64,000 nucleotides of DNA from positions 144,274,001 to 144,338,000 of the forward strand of contig CM069132.1 in the NCBI GenBank assembly GCA_035221665.1. The letters are read 5' to 3'. The notes beneath the pieces are model-generated. The model saw nothing but the letters and a program-made list of their open reading frames with translations. It made no database searches and was not told the DNA's origin. The stretch comes from Okamejei kenojei (Eukaryota). The translations under genes were made by a program, and so were the position numbers. This document shows positions 12,331 to 25,424 of this stretch, one piece after another (within the stretch, counting starts at the first letter, position 1; each line of letters opens with the position of its first letter).

Positions 12331-13299
12331 CCGAAATGAAAGAATGAACATAACAGAGAGAGTGACAACACCTGCCCCTTTTCCCCCTCCTTCCTGCTGT
12401 TAAAATGCTGGAACATACTTCTCCATTCAGTTAGAGACAGCCAAGCTTCTGCTTTGGTTCTCTTATTATATTCTCACTCCAACCTCTGCTTGTGTTCAAA
12501 AAAGCTCAATCCCAGCATTGAGTCTTCCACATTTGCAATTATTTTTGTTCTCATGCTGGAAATGTTATAGTTAATACATCTACAACTACAGCCTCCTTGC
12601 CCACACCAAGGCAACGTTTGTTATTTACCTTACTTTATTACCTTCTTTCAGCCAACTCCAACAATCATTCAAACGCTCCTGTTTTCCCTTTCATTAATCT
12701 TTCCTTTAGATGTCTCCAATCCTCTGTTTGAAAGTTTTGGCTAGGTCTGACTAAAGTTTGTTGACTGAAACTTTTACTTTATTTCTCTCTCCTTAGATGC
12801 TATCTGATCGGAGTACATCCAACACTTCATTCCAAAAGTACTCCATTCTATGTTTCCTTTAAATGGCATAACTTTTGTGAATGTTCTTGCTGCGATGTTT
12901 CCATTCGACCCCACCTGTGACGGTACCTCCTCACTCTTCCTAGATCAAATTTCACCCAATTTCTATCTACTCCATCAAGTTTCTTAACACCCACGTAAAA
13001 ATCCATGTATAATAACCGTTAAGGATGTTGAATAAGCGCTCTTCTGTGATTTTTAAAAATCATGCTACATTCTTCCACTGTCTTCAGTAATAGTCTGACA
13101 TTTAACTTTTCTCTTGAAGATCCTTGTATGATCATTGCTGCTTGAATGCATTATCATTTACAAATTATGTGCTATTTTATCCCCTCGTGACCATAATTCA
13201 CTTTTGGCCACCCAGCTTCTACCCAGCTTTTACAAATAGCAGCTTCACTCACAATAGATACTGATTTGCATGAAGTACTGGGCCGATTCTACACTCTCT

Positions 13300-13970
13300 G
13301 TAAATTGTGGTCATGGTCTGAACACTTGCCAAACCAAGCTGTGGTGCGTCTTGAATGGATGGTTTCTATGATGCATCTGTAGAAATTGGTGAATCATTGG
13401 AAACGTGTCAAATTTTCTTTGCCTTCTGAGAAAATGAAGGCATTGATGTGCTTTCTTGGCTGTGGCTTCACTGTGGTTGGACCAGGACAAATTGGTGGCG
13501 ATATTTTTGCCACAGAACTTGAAGCTCCTAACCATGTTGCCTTCAGCACCATTGAAGCACACTGGGGTGCATACACCAACTGAGGCTTTTGTTTGCCGAC
13601 ACTGAGGGAGAGATCATTGTCTTGACATTTCTATCTCCTTCCCGCACTCCATCTCATCATTCTTTGGGATTCGACCCACTGAGTGTATCAACTGCGAACT
13701 TGTAAATGGAGTTTAAGCTGAATTTGGCCGCACAGTTGCGAGTGAAAAAGCAGTACAGTAAGGGGCTGAGAACACAGGTTTGTGGGGAAATTATCGTTGA
13801 CAATTATCATGGAGGACGTTTTATTACTTCCTACTGATCGCCATCCATGGGCTAGGAAGTCGGGGATCCAGTTTCAAAGGGGATGCCGAGTCCCAGGTCC
13901 AAGTGTTTGGAGAGGAGTTTGGTTGGAATTATGTTGAAAGTGGAGTTTAAGTGAATGAATAGGAGTCTAA
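13300..13970 (-). mobile_element. Rex1/Babar-type LINE fragment
   Basis: ORF 13311..13562 (SFKF.G..I..NLSWSNH....KKAHQ.LHFLRR.RKF). Confidence 0.75.
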
Positions 13971-14035
13971 AAATAATGTAAATGGAGGAAGAAGCTTCGC
14001 ATGTGAATTCTATAGCTGTTAGATTTTTGCAGCAG

Positions 14036-14140
14036 CCTGAAGAAGGGGCCCAACCTGAAAAGTGTCCTGTGTTCTCCTGAGATGCTGCTTAACCCGCACT
14101 TACATCAGCTCTGTGTCTTTTTTCTGCAGATCCCTGTTTC
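14036..14140 (+). mobile_element. Degenerate Penelope-derived short element
   Basis: ctgaagaaggggcccaacctgaaaagtgtc..gagatgctgc..ctgcagatccct. Confidence 0.6.
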
Positions 14141-15000
14141 GAGATTTTTACATTCTTCAGTTTGACCAAATGGGCGAATTAGTTAAGGAATCTAGCTTGT
14201 GTTGACCGAATGAATGCATTAATTCGATCCATAAGTTGCTCCAAAACCTCTCTAAGTTTCATCTTCAGCAATTTACCTTGTCCCTAATTCAGGGTTATGT
14301 TAAGTTCTGTTCATTTATGCTTAGGATGCTAACTCTCATTTTCAAATCCTTTCACTGTTACCTCTGTGTCTCTTTAATGTTCTCCCTTATGTAACCTTCC
14401 AAATCCATTTCTATTCATCTATATTTCATTATTGCAAATGGTTGTGCTACTTTTCATGCATAAGAATTTGTGTGAGTTATTTAAATTGAATACAGCAATG
14501 CGTTGATTATGACCACAGTTTAGCAACTTTTACTACATCACGTACTCTTTGGGGGATACATCTTCAATTTGCAACGCTATTTTTCATTATTACAAAGGGT
14601 TTGCGCCATTTTCCATGCATAGGAATAAACTACATCAAAATACCCAAGAGCTCATACGTTTTGTAAATCAAAGGTGGCTGTAAATTATACTGCAAACGTC
14701 CAACAGTAGCTAAACCATTTTGGAAGAACATTTGAAATTGTTCAATAATTTAAAGTTCAAAGTTTCTCCAACAATGACTTGAGACAGCATTTACAAGAGG
14801 TCATCTATGTCAATAATTTTTTTTTTTTTAAGGCTTTACTGTGAGAATAAAAATAAAATATTTCAGTGGGCTGAGACAACTGGACTATCCCAAAATTTAG
14901 TACAAGATCTCAAGAGTGGCAAATTTAAGCCCTGGGCTTTGACAAAAGATGGAACTTTAAGAATCTCTTCTGCACAAGACATCTTTAAGACTTTCATGAT

Positions 15001-15540
15001 CATAGAAACATAGAAATTAGGTGCAGTCAAGTAGGCCATTCAGCAGAACCTTCGTGCACCGCACTCCAAAGCATTCAATATGAGAGTTTTTTGGAGAGGA
15101 GACTTGTGAAGGGGCAGCAGGGGGAAGCTGGCCCAAGCAAGAGGAGGATCATCTCTAACCCCTGGAGGAGGAGACCACAAACCTCTTTGAAGGCAGCAAA
15201 TCACCCTTCCCTCTGACACAGATCAGGCAGATGCCCGGTGGTGACTGCCAACCTTCAGCTGCCACAGCCAGACATAAAACAGCTTTTTTCCACGATCCAC
15301 TGCAGGCTAGCTTGTACTCCCGATAACCAAAAGTCACAGCTTAAGTAAGGGGGAAATCCTCCTTTTGCTATGGTATTTTATTTCATTCTTGCCACAGAGG
15401 GTGTTTAAACTATAATGAGTTTTATTCTGAAAGTTCTGAGAGTTGGATGATCAGCCATGATCATATTGAATGGCGGTGCAGGCTCGAAGGGCTGAATGGC
15501 CTACTCCTGCACCTAATTTCTATGTTTCTATGTTTCTATG
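15001..15540. other. Scrambled mosaic of - strand CR1, + strand CR1 and a Rex/L2-type tail, ending in a clean CR1 3' tail (15440-15540)
   Basis: Short words from three recognisable repeats alternate; see findings. Confidence 0.65.
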
Positions 15541-15744
15541 TGTGCTTAAAGTTCCATCTTTTGTCAAAGCCCAGTGCCACTCTCTGCCAGTCATCTGTTG
15601 TACTGGGATAGTCCATCACATTATCTCCATTCACCCATTGAGACCTCTTCTTGTGTTTCCTCTTCACCCTGGCTCTTCCCCTTCTGCCTTTCTTAAAAGG
15701 CTGCTGAAGCAAAAGGGCTACCGCAAACAGCCATAAAACGTACA

Positions 15745-15960
15745 TGGTCGAAGCCAGTCTTCAACATAGTCGAAGGGGGTCTTCTTCAGTCGTGGGAGGT
15801 CTTCAACATAATCGTGGGAGGTCTTCTACAAAGCTGTGGGAGGTCTTCAACAATGTCGTAGGAAGTCGTAGACATAGTCGTAGGAGGTTGTAGGTTACCG
15901 CGACCTTGATTTTTTTTAGGTTGTCAGAGGTCGCAAATTAGGTCGTGAAAGTGGGACAGG
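15745..15960. repeat. Degenerate tandem array (about 22-bp unit tcgtgggaggtcttcaacatag), probably one end of a MITE
   Basis: About 6 imperfect units followed by ...aaagtgggacagg (TIR-like); partner TIR not found. Confidence 0.55.
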
Positions 15961-16212
15961 AGCATAACTAAGAGTGGTGTCCAGAACTGGATACAATAAT
16001 CAATTGTGGCAGAACCAGTGTTTTATAAATATTTGCCATAAGTTCCTAGTTGTGCCTCTATGCCTCAATTTATAAATCCTAGGTCATGTATCTTTTTTTT
16101 AAAAACAGTTCCTCTGTGCTGAATTCCAATGAACTATGTACACGTGCACACAGATCTCTGTTCGTGTACCCATTATAGAATTAGCTTGCAATGCCTCTCA
16201 GTCTCAAAATTT

Positions 16213-16387
16213 GCTATATTTAAGAGTGAGTTGGATGTGACCCTTGTGGCTAAGGGGATCAGAGGGTATGGAGAGAAGGCAGGTACGGGATACTGAGTTG
16301 GATGATCAGCCATGATCATATTGAATGGCTCGAAGGGCTGAATGGCCTACTCCTGCACCTAATTTCTATGTTTCTATGTTTCTATGT
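16213..16387 (+). mobile_element. Young CR1 3' tail
   Basis: Matches 2998-3180 apart from a small deletion; (TTTCTATG)n tail. Confidence 0.92.
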
Positions 16388-17489
16388 CTTCCAGCCGAAA
16401 TATAACTCTCCACATTTTTGTGCATTAAATTTCAACTGCCAATTCTGCCAGCCTCTCCACATCTGTTGTAGCTTATTAACATCTTCTTTTCAGCTTACTG
16501 TGTATGCTTCCAGGTTTTGTGGGGACTGCATTATATTTTAGGTAAAACAACGGTTCTGGTTCCAGTTTCTGGTGAACATCACAAAATGACCTTCAGCAGC
16601 TACCTTCCTCCAGCTATGATATAACTAGGGTTTTGCAATGATGCACCGTATTTTCTAAGCCTAATGTTAGTTCTTGTCTGTGCATTTATACTGCATGATT
16701 TAACCCTGTCTGCTCTTCTGTTTTAATGCTTGTTCATTCCCTATTCCTTTTGATTTTATCATTTTATAACTTATAGTCCCCCTCCAGTAGAATTTCTGAT
16801 AAATATTTTGTCATTCTCTTTTGTTTTATAGCTCCTACTTACATTTCCTGTTCCATGCTTGCCCCCCAACCCCAATTTAACAGCTCTTTTGACAGAATTA
16901 AATAGTTCATATTTACACTTTCATGTAATTACTTTTTATTGCAACTTGTTCTTCCCTTCCCAACAACTGTCATTTCATTCACCCATTTGATATCATCCTG
17001 CACTATGCCACAAGATTCTTCAGGCACTCTTGAAGAATTCAATTGATTTCCTGTGTACACATAGCTCCGTGAAGACTTGCCATATGTGTCTCAACCATTT
17101 CAATTTCTTATGAAAATTCCAACATTTGCCTTGAGAGTAATACATTGGTGATTTTCATAAACTTTTGCAATTACTGCTTTCAACAGCAAGATGGATAGGT
17201 GGAATGAGATAAGCACTGTTCATTAAAATTGACCCGTTACTGGATCCATGTGACCGATAAATTATCTAAAGATCTGCTAAAGCAATTGACTCTGATTTAC
17301 TGTCGCAAAGCAGCACAATCGTGCCTCGAGGCACCGATGCAACATGTTAAATTGTCCACATCTGGACATGTAGCAGAAGCAACTAATTTAACGATGGTTA
17401 AATTATATAATGACCCTTATTTCTTTTTATGACTGATTGATCACGCCTATCAATCCCATTACCCCACATATCTCCCTGTGGACTATCAC

Positions 17490-17810
17490 AGCTAGTGAGT
17501 GAGGCTGCTGCTTTATGGTGCCAGAAACTGCTTCGAATCTGACCTCGTGCTGTTTGTGTGGAGTTTGCATATTCTCCTTGCTACCACATGTTTGACCCCG
17601 TTTCTTTCCATTTCCCAGTTTCATGGTGGTAAATTAATTTCCTTCCATAAATTCCCTTGTATAGTGTGTAGGTAGTGGGATCTGGGAGGAGTAGCGGGAA
17701 TGTGGGAGGAAAAAGGGATCACTATAGGATTAGTGTAAATGGATGGTTGCTGGTCAGTGTTGGCTCAAGGGGTCAAAAGGCCTGTTTCTGTGCTGTATCA
17801 CTCCATGACT
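17490..17810 (+). mobile_element. Older tRNA-derived SINE
   Basis: B-box-like gcttcgaatc, core gtgtggagtttgcatattctcc, tail ggcctgtttctgtgctgtatc. Confidence 0.7.
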
Positions 17811-17974
17811 GAAATCCTGCGTAACGATGCATCTCTCTGAAAGTGGCAACAAAAGAAAGAGTAGTAAAGGTGGCATATTATGCTTGTCTTCATAGGTCGA
17901 GCCACTGAGTATGAGAGACAGGCAGTCATGATGCAGCTTTATAGGCCATCGACAAAATGTATTACTTCGAGGAG

Positions 17975-18540
17975 CGGTGCTGGGTTCATTGCTGTTTGTG
18001 GTTTTTATCGATGTTTTGGATGAGAACGTAGAAGGCATGATTAGCAAGTTTGCAGATAACACTAAAGTGGGCGGTATGGTAGATAGCGAAGGCGGTTATC
18101 AAAAATTACAGCAGGATCTTGATCGGTTGGGCAAGTGGACAGTTATACACAAAATTGGCGATACCACATTAGGAATATTATCTTCAGTTTTAGTCACCCT
18201 ATTACAGGAAGAATGTTGTTAAGCTGGAAAAAGTGCAGGATGTTGCCAGGATTTGTGCTACTGGAGAGGCTGAGCAGGCTAAGACTTTATTCTTTGGAGC
18301 TCAGGGGGCAGAGGGGGGGGGGGGATCTTATAGAGGTACAGTGAAAACCTTTACAGAGGTGTACAATGTAATAAGGGGAATAGGTAGGGTGAATGAAGAG
18401 AGTATTTTACCCAGAGTAGGGGAATCAAGATCCAGAGGTCATAGATTTGAGGTGAGGGGAAAGATTTAATAGGAATCTGAGAGGCAACGTTTTCATACAG
18501 AAGTTGGTGGGTATATGGAACAAGCTGCCCGAGGAGGTAA
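17975..18540 (+). mobile_element. Deleted CR1 LINE fragment
   Basis: ORF 17977..18222 (LG..LF..FI..LD......ISKFAD.TKVGG) and downstream SRGHRF.V remnant. Confidence 0.85.
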
Positions 18541-18834
18541 AAAAATGTTCATTGCCTGCTTTGTTTATACCCACTTTGATTTCATTTTGAATCTATTATA
18601 TGAATCAAAATAATGATACATCTTGCCTCCTGAGAATGGCATCACAAAGTGGGTTGGATGATTGGAAGTTGTCAGGCCGTTTGGAGGTGATGGTAGCAGC
18701 AGGAGTCTTTTTAAATATATAATTCTATCATAGGATGTGAGCATTGCTGACAAAGCCAATATTAACCATCCTTAATTGCCCTTTAGGGAGTTGCACCTTA
18801 TCAAACCTGCTGTAGTGTGTATTGAGAATACTTT

Positions 18835-19095
18835 TGATCTTTAGTCAGAGGGTGGTAAATCTGGAATTCTTTGCCACAGAAGAATGAGGAGGTTAAGTCA
18901 ATGGATATTTTTAAGGCAGAGATAGATTCTTGATTAGCTCGGGCATCAGGGATTATGGGTAGAATTATGGGCAGGAAAATGGGTAGATTATGGGCAGGAA
19001 AATGGGGTTAGGAGGGAGAGATAGATCAACATTGATTGAATGGCAAAATAGGTGATTCGCTAAATGGCCTAATTCTGCTCCTATCACTTATGACC
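18835..19095 (+). mobile_element. CR1 3' end with an internal duplication of about 22 bp
   Basis: cagagggtggtaaatctggaattc..; attatgggcaggaaaatggg repeated; tail aattctgctcctatcacttatg. Confidence 0.8.
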
Positions 19096-19229
19096 TAATG
19101 AAAATATTCACATTTAGTCCCATTAATTATGAAAGTGCAACAGTGTATATCCAAATTGAGCTCTCCCAAATTGGGAGGATATAGAAGAATATTTTGTGAT
19201 TTTTTTTTTTTGTATACAACTACGAGTGA

Positions 19230-19385
19230 TGTCCTTTCACCTCGTTCCTTCACATGTTCTAAGGATCCAAGCATTACTTCCAGGTAAAGCAACGATTGTC
19301 GTACTTTCTCCAATCTCGTCGACTATTCAGTGCTCACAATATGGTCTCTACGTTGGAGAACCAAACACGGAATGGGTGACAACTT
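19230..19385 (+). mobile_element. Penelope-like GIY-YIG endonuclease remnant
   Basis: Decayed FQVKQR...SNLV..IQCSQ.GLYVGE, the I.C..C...YVGE signature of Penelope endonucleases. Confidence 0.6.
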
Positions 19386-19515
19386 AGAAACATAGTAAAT
19401 AGGTGCAGGAGTAAGCCATTCAGCCCTTCGAGCCAGCACCGTTATTCAATATGACCATGGCTGATCATCCAAAATCAGTACCCCGTACCTGTTTTTTACC
19501 CATCTCCCTTGATTA
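19386..19515 (-). mobile_element. CR1 3' tail
   Basis: tagaaacatagtaaataggtgcaggagt..ccattcagcccttcgagcc. Confidence 0.85.
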
Positions 19516-20872
19516 TGAGATAAAGTAGTTTTGAGGCAGACAGTAGAGGTTCTAGATTTAAAAACAGCAAATGATGGAAATGTTCACACCTATGGAATTT
19601 CATGTTGAACATCCTTTGTTGGATGTTCCAGCTTTTGTAGGTTTTTGGTATTCGGAATCTTGATTAGAGTTTTTGCCTCCAGTGGAATTGTATAGAAAAC
19701 CAGTAGTGGAGATCTGGAGGAGTCTGGAAAAATCACACAGTGCATGATGATGGAGGGGTTGGTTATTAAGCAATGAAGAGTAAGGATGGTGACCAAGCAA
19801 GATATACGGATAATGGAGGTTTGAATAGATTGAAATTTGTGTTAATACAGGAAAAACATGACAGTGTGGGAGTAAAAGCACCAATAAACCTCAAACAAAA
19901 ACCTGCATAAGAGAGTTTGAAGCATGCTCCAGTGATTTTATTTTTAGAAATGTATATTACATAATCTGCCTCATCTATAGTAAGTACAGTTGGGAACCAA
20001 TGTAAATTCTATGGAATAACACGCAGAGAATATCTTAGGCTCTACAAATCGTGTTTGGTCATTAAGCAATATATGTTGCTTGATTTAATTAAGTATAATT
20101 TATATTAATTAAAGTTTTGCCTCCGTAACATTTGAATTGGTTGCAATCATTGGATCTTATTTTGTAATTTGTGAATTCTAAGGAGAAATAACAAATGTTC
20201 ATTGAAGAAATAATGGAAGATGTGGGATGACTGGAGGGAAATAAGAAACTGCATATTATCACTTTGAAATCTGCAAATGCTCTTCTCCTCATTTGGCTGC
20301 ATAGACAAATAATGCAAATATTGCATCCTTGACAAAGTCTGGGCCTTTTGCTTGAAGTTGTTACTTGAAGGTGCACCAATCTGTAGCCATACAGATTAAT
20401 AAACAGCATCTGTACCTAGGATGTTCGAAAATAAATTAAAGTCTTTCATTCCCCCGATTTGTTAAGCAAAACTTTGAACATGCAATGATTCAAATCTCCC
20501 TGGGCTCTTATTGCATCCATTATGGTTTACTGAATTAGGTCATTGTGATCTTGAGTATATGTTATTTGTGATAAAACAAGCTAAAGATAAAATATTTGAT
20601 CTCTTTCTCGGGTCTTGTCTTTGGGCCTTAATATTGCAAATATTTTTTTCTTTCTAGCCCAATACAACTTGGCGCTGAGCATTTTCACTTTTTTTGTACA
20701 TTATCAAGAATGGTGCAGATTGTGTGTGTGGGAGATGTGAAAGAAAAGGAATTGGTTGAATTATTTTAATGCTGTTATTACCTTACATAAGTTCAGCTCT
20801 CCAGCAGTGACATAGTACTTGATGCAATCAAGAATTTAGTGGAAAAATGGTATTTTCTTGCATTACTTTAGA

Positions 20873-21422
20873 CGATAGACAATAGGTGCAGAGGTAGGCC
20901 ATTCGGCCCTTCGAGCCAGCACTGCCATTCAATATGATCATTGCTGATCATCCCCAATCAATATCCCGTTCCTGCTACTTCCCCATATCCCCTGACTCCG
21001 CTATTTTTAAGAGCCCTATCTAGCTCTCTCTTGAAAGCGTCCAGAGAACCTGCCTCCGCCGCCCTCTGAGGCAGAGAATTCAACACTCACCATTCTCTGT
21101 GAGAAAAAGTGTTTCTTCACCTCCGTTCTAAATGACTTACTCCTTATTCTTACACTGCCTTCCTGTTTTTGCTAATCCAAAGTGGATAACCTCACATTTA
21201 TCCGCATTAAACTTAATCTGCCATGCATCTGCCCACTCCCTCAACCTGTCCAAGTCACCCTGCATTCTCATAGCATCCTCCTCACAGTTCACACTGCCAC
21301 CCAGCTTTGTGTCATCTGCAAATTTGCTAATGTTACTTTGAATCCCTTCATCCAAATCATTGATGTATATTGTAAATAGCTGTGGTCCCAGCAACGAGCC
21401 TTGCGGTACCCCACTAGTCACT
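20873..21422 (-). mobile_element. CR1 LINE with a large internal deletion (junction about 21155)
   Basis: 3' tail joined directly to the RT core in ORF 21137..21463 ([18 protein letters not shown]...SKFADDTKL). Confidence 0.9.
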
Positions 21423-21667
21423 TTGTCGAATAACTTTCCAACTTTATAGCTTTTGAAGAACACATGGTAAATGCTGTAGGTCTCTTAATGGGATAGAAAT
21501 ATGTGCATTATGGTCCCATGGGTGAAAGTTTTATGCATTTGCCTGCTATTTAAATGATTGCAAAATTTGCAGTTGTGCCTATAGCCATTGGATTTCAAGA
21601 TGGGTCACCGCAGATAAGATTGATCTTATTGTTGTATAATTGTAAACGTTATTTTTATGTTTTGCAG

Positions 21668-21776
21668 GTTTAATTACCGATCTACACATTATCTTGCATC
21701 CCATGGATTCTATGATTTTCTAAATTGGTTTGATGAAAGAGCATGGTATCCTCTAGGAAGAATAGTTGGAGGAACG
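21668..21776 (+). CDS. STT3B: STT3B internal coding exon (probable exon 2, 109 bp): (W)[36 protein letters not shown]
   Basis: tttgcag acceptor and GTAAGA donor. My translation matches the conserved STT3 N-terminal segment, and the frame continues into the next exon. Not in the ORF track. Confidence 0.96.
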
Positions 21777-22839
21777 GTAAGAATGGAATATTTTAAAAAT
21801 ATTGGTGTTTAAATATTTATGCAGTCAACATGAAGTGAAATATTAAAACTTTTCATGACTGGTATAACATTGTTGGGTGGAACAAATTGTACCGTAAAAT
21901 ACAGGATCTGATATTTTGTTTAGTGACATTTTTATCAACAAGATACGATAACTCCTTAAATTAGGAGAGTCTTTATCACTAACATGAATAAATCCATTGT
22001 CATGTTTCGGTGTATTCCATAAAGCTGAATAAGCATTTATGAATATTGTGTATCACAGTATGGTGGGAAGAGTGGTTATTTTGAAGAGTGGAAGAGTCGT
22101 AGCAGCAAGTAGTAATTACGCTGAGCAATAAGTTGCATTCAGTAATAAGTACATTGAAATAATTAGCATCAACTTGCATACTCTACGAGCTTTCACATTG
22201 TGTACGGTATTATCATCAGTGAGATGAATTTCCTCGTAATGTATTTTTACAGGCACTTGACTGTCCCGCAAAGAAGGGTGTCTCAACAGGACTATTGTAG
22301 GCTTGGCGCAGCAAGATGAGGCACAGAGGTTGAGTTGGTTTCTTAGAAATGGGCAGTTCATAGTTAGAGGAAAGCAAAGAATGGCACAGGTCCAGGGTAT
22401 GAAGATCCTGGAAGGCAACATTTGAAGCCTTTGTCTTGTTGGGATCTTTCTTCATTCAATGCTTTTTTGTATTTTTTTGAATAGGAATTTGTGGACCATC
22501 TCTTTTTTCACTGGGATGTCTTTTCACATTTCAGAGTTTATTTTTATTACACACTAAGCAGATAATTAAAGATAGTTCTTTGCCGGAATATTCACATTTT
22601 CTGTTCTGTTGTTTACTATTCCTCTCTCTAGACTTCATTAACACAATTGTTACAGATAGAGTAACAGCATTCTCAAGTATTATATTGCTTAGCTGTTGCT
22701 TTCACCGAAAGAGTGGTCAAATAGGAAATGTTAAAGATATTACACTTCACATGTCAAATGTCTATCATAGACTTCAGATCAACCAGTCCCTAGGAAGGAC
22801 TTTAAAAGTCAGTATCTTTAACAGTCTTTAGACTAAAAG

Positions 22840-23132
22840 ACTTTTAACAGTCAGAATCTTCTTCCCAGGAGGGTACAGGAATCCAGAATTGGAGAACACA
22901 AGTTTAGCGTGAGAGGGGAGACATTTAAAAAAGGGACCTGAGGAGCAATTTCTTCACCCAGAGGAAGCAATACATTGCAATGTTTAAAAGACATTTAAAT
23001 AGATACATGGAAATGAAAAGTTTAAAGAGGTATGGGCCAAAAGCAGGAAAATAGGTCATGCTCAGCAATAAAACCTTGTCTGCATGGACAAATTGGGCAA
23101 AAGGACTTGTTTGTGTGCTGTATGACTCTGAC
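22840..23132 (+). mobile_element. Old CR1 3' end
   Basis: cacaagttt.gcgtgagaggggag..ttcttcacccagag..tttgtgtgctgtatgactct. Confidence 0.7.
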
Positions 23133-23299
23133 TCGCAAGAGACAAAATTAATCCGTGGGCTCTCCCTCCTCTTTGCTATTTGGAAAGTCGAGACACGTTG
23201 ACTGCTTTCCTTCATTGGCTGAAGAGCTGTTCCCTGAGCCACAATGAGAATTCTGTTCACCTGGAGGCCTAATACATGTGATCTCCTTGCTTGAACAGC

Positions 23300-23600
23300 A
23301 CAGTGATGCAGCTAGTAAAGCCACGGCCTCCCAGCAACGGAGACCCAGATTCAATCCTGAACTTGGGTCCGGTCTGTGTGCAGTTTATGACCGTTGTGGT
23401 TTCTTTCAGGTTTCAAGTTTCCTCCCAGATGTGCAGGTTGGTTAGGTTAATTGGCTGCTGCAAACTGAGCCTAGTGTATAGGTGAGTAATAGAATCTGGA
23501 GGAAGTTGATGAAGATGTGAGGAGAATTTTTTTTAAAAATGGGAGTAATGTTGGATTAATGTAAATGGATGGTTGATGTTTGGCAGGGCTTAATGCAGGG
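23300..23600 (+). mobile_element. Older tRNA-derived SINE
   Basis: gagacccagattcaatcctga..ggttaggttaattggctgctg. Confidence 0.65.
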
Positions 23601-24059
23601 CAAAGCACGATTTACTCTATGGGTCTTTTGTTTTGACCTTGACTGAAACAGTGAAGAGACACTGAAGGTGGAAATGCTTCTCAATTTTAGATGTCTAAAT
23701 AAATTTGATCCTGTCTTGCGTCTGCTTTATGGCTTATAGTCTGTGATCATACCCCGTGGTACAGCAGCAGTTCCAACCTCAGTGAAGACTGGTGTCAAGT
23801 AAAGCTAGGTCATTGTCTCAGCATTTAATCTTTCATGTTGCAATACAACATTTGGCCTCCCACAGGTTTCCTGCTGGAATGGGGCTAATCTGTAGGGCAA
23901 AAATAAACTGTTGAATCAACATTCCCTCCATTCCTCAACCAAGGTCACACCAATTTTTATCAGGTGGCTACGGTTTGCATTTTTGTCTTGTGCAAGTGGA
24001 TGTCCAGAGCTCCCAGTCATTGGCAACAATCACTGAATGAGTTGTACTTTCACCCACAT

Positions 24060-24522
24060 GTCTCAGGAACAGCCTCTTCCTCTGTTATCAGGCTTCTAAA
24101 TGGTCCTTCAATAAGATAGGATTCACCTTTACCGCAAGGGACTGCATGGAATGTAGGTTCAACTGCAGTTGCAGGATTACAAGAGAAGACCACAATCAGT
24201 CTGAAGAAGGGCGCCAACCTGAAACGTCACCTAGGCATGTTCTCCAGAGATGTTGCCTGACCCGCTGAGTTACTCGAGCACTTTCTCATCATTTTTTTAA
24301 AACCAGCATCTCCAGTTCCTTCTTTCTACTTCTGTCTCTGGAACTGTTGTGCTACAATGCTGAGAGTTATATTCTGCACAATCTACCACTTCCTTTGCTC
24401 TACCCATTACTTGAGTTCGGCTTGATGTATCTATATATAGTTTTATCTGATTTGATTGGATAGCATACAAAACAAAGCTTTTCACCTTACCTCGGTACAT
24501 TTGACAGTAATAAACCTAAATT
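24060..24522 (+). mobile_element. Rex/L2-type 3' end containing a nested Penelope-derived hammerhead element (about 24195-24330)
   Basis: LINE tail caccttacctcggtacatttgacagtaataaacc; nested cagtCTGAAGAagggcgccaacctGAAACGTCacc..gatgttgcctgacccgctgagttactc. Confidence 0.7.
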
Positions 24523-24859
24523 TAAATAAGTGCCATTGCATAGTGACCGACTGCTACCTAATCTAAATTGCCATTGTTATTTACCTAGCATTGCTTTTAA
24601 GCCCTTAACATTTCCTTTAATTTTAAAATACTGGTATTCAATTCATATTATGATCAATGGTAGCTGGAAGTGATGGTCATGAACTATTCTTGTCTCTTTG
24701 CCCAATACACCTTAGATACAATAGTGGTGTTTAAGAAGCTTTCAGACAGGCATGTGGAAGTAGATCATGTACAGGCTGATGCGATCAGATTAACTTGGTG
24801 TCATGTTCAGCACAAACGTTGTCGACATTATGGCCTGTTCCTGTGCTGTACTGTTCTAG

Positions 24860-25422
24860 TCATAAAGTCTTACAGCATGGAAACAGGCCCTTCGATTCAA
24901 CTTGAACACACTGGCCAATGTGTCCCACCTTCACTAGTCCCAACTGTCTGCATTTTTCCCATATCCCTCTAACCCTGTCCTATCCATGTACCTGTCTAAA
25001 TGTTTCTTAAACGCTGTGACAGTAGCAGCCTCAACTACCTCCTCCGGCAACTCGTTCCATACACCTACCACCCTTTGCGTGAAAAAGCTAACCATCGGGA
25101 TACTAGTAAATCCTTCCCCCTCACCTTAAACTTATGTCCTCTGGTTCGCGATTCTCCTAGTCTGGGCAAGAGACTCTGTGCATCTACCCGATCTATTCCT
25201 CTCATGGTTTTGTACACCTCTGTACAATCACTGCTCATCCTCCTGCGCTTCAATTAATCGAGTCCTGGCCTCCTCACCTCTCTCTATAGCTCAGGCCCTC
25301 GAGTCCTGGCAACATCCACATAAATCTTCTCTTCTCCCTTTCCAGCTTGACAATATCCTATAACATGCGTCCAAAACCGAAAACAATACTCCAAATGTGG
25401 CCTCGCCAACGTCTTATACAGC
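24860..25422 (-). mobile_element. CR1 LINE 3' part
   Basis: ORF 25065..25253 (EVYK.MRGIDRVD..SRTRGHKFKV). Confidence 0.88.
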
Positions 25423-25424
25423 TG

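Noticed and set aside
15745-15900. Regularly spaced repeats resembling a CRISPR array
   Set aside because: The units are directly adjacent and degenerate with no unique spacers, there are no cas genes, and the context is a eukaryotic intron. It is a minisatellite-like interior of a probable MITE.
1-21667. STT3B exon 1 or promoter
   Set aside because: I found no sequence encoding the expected upstream RLFAVIRFESIIHEFDP segment, so it must lie before the window.
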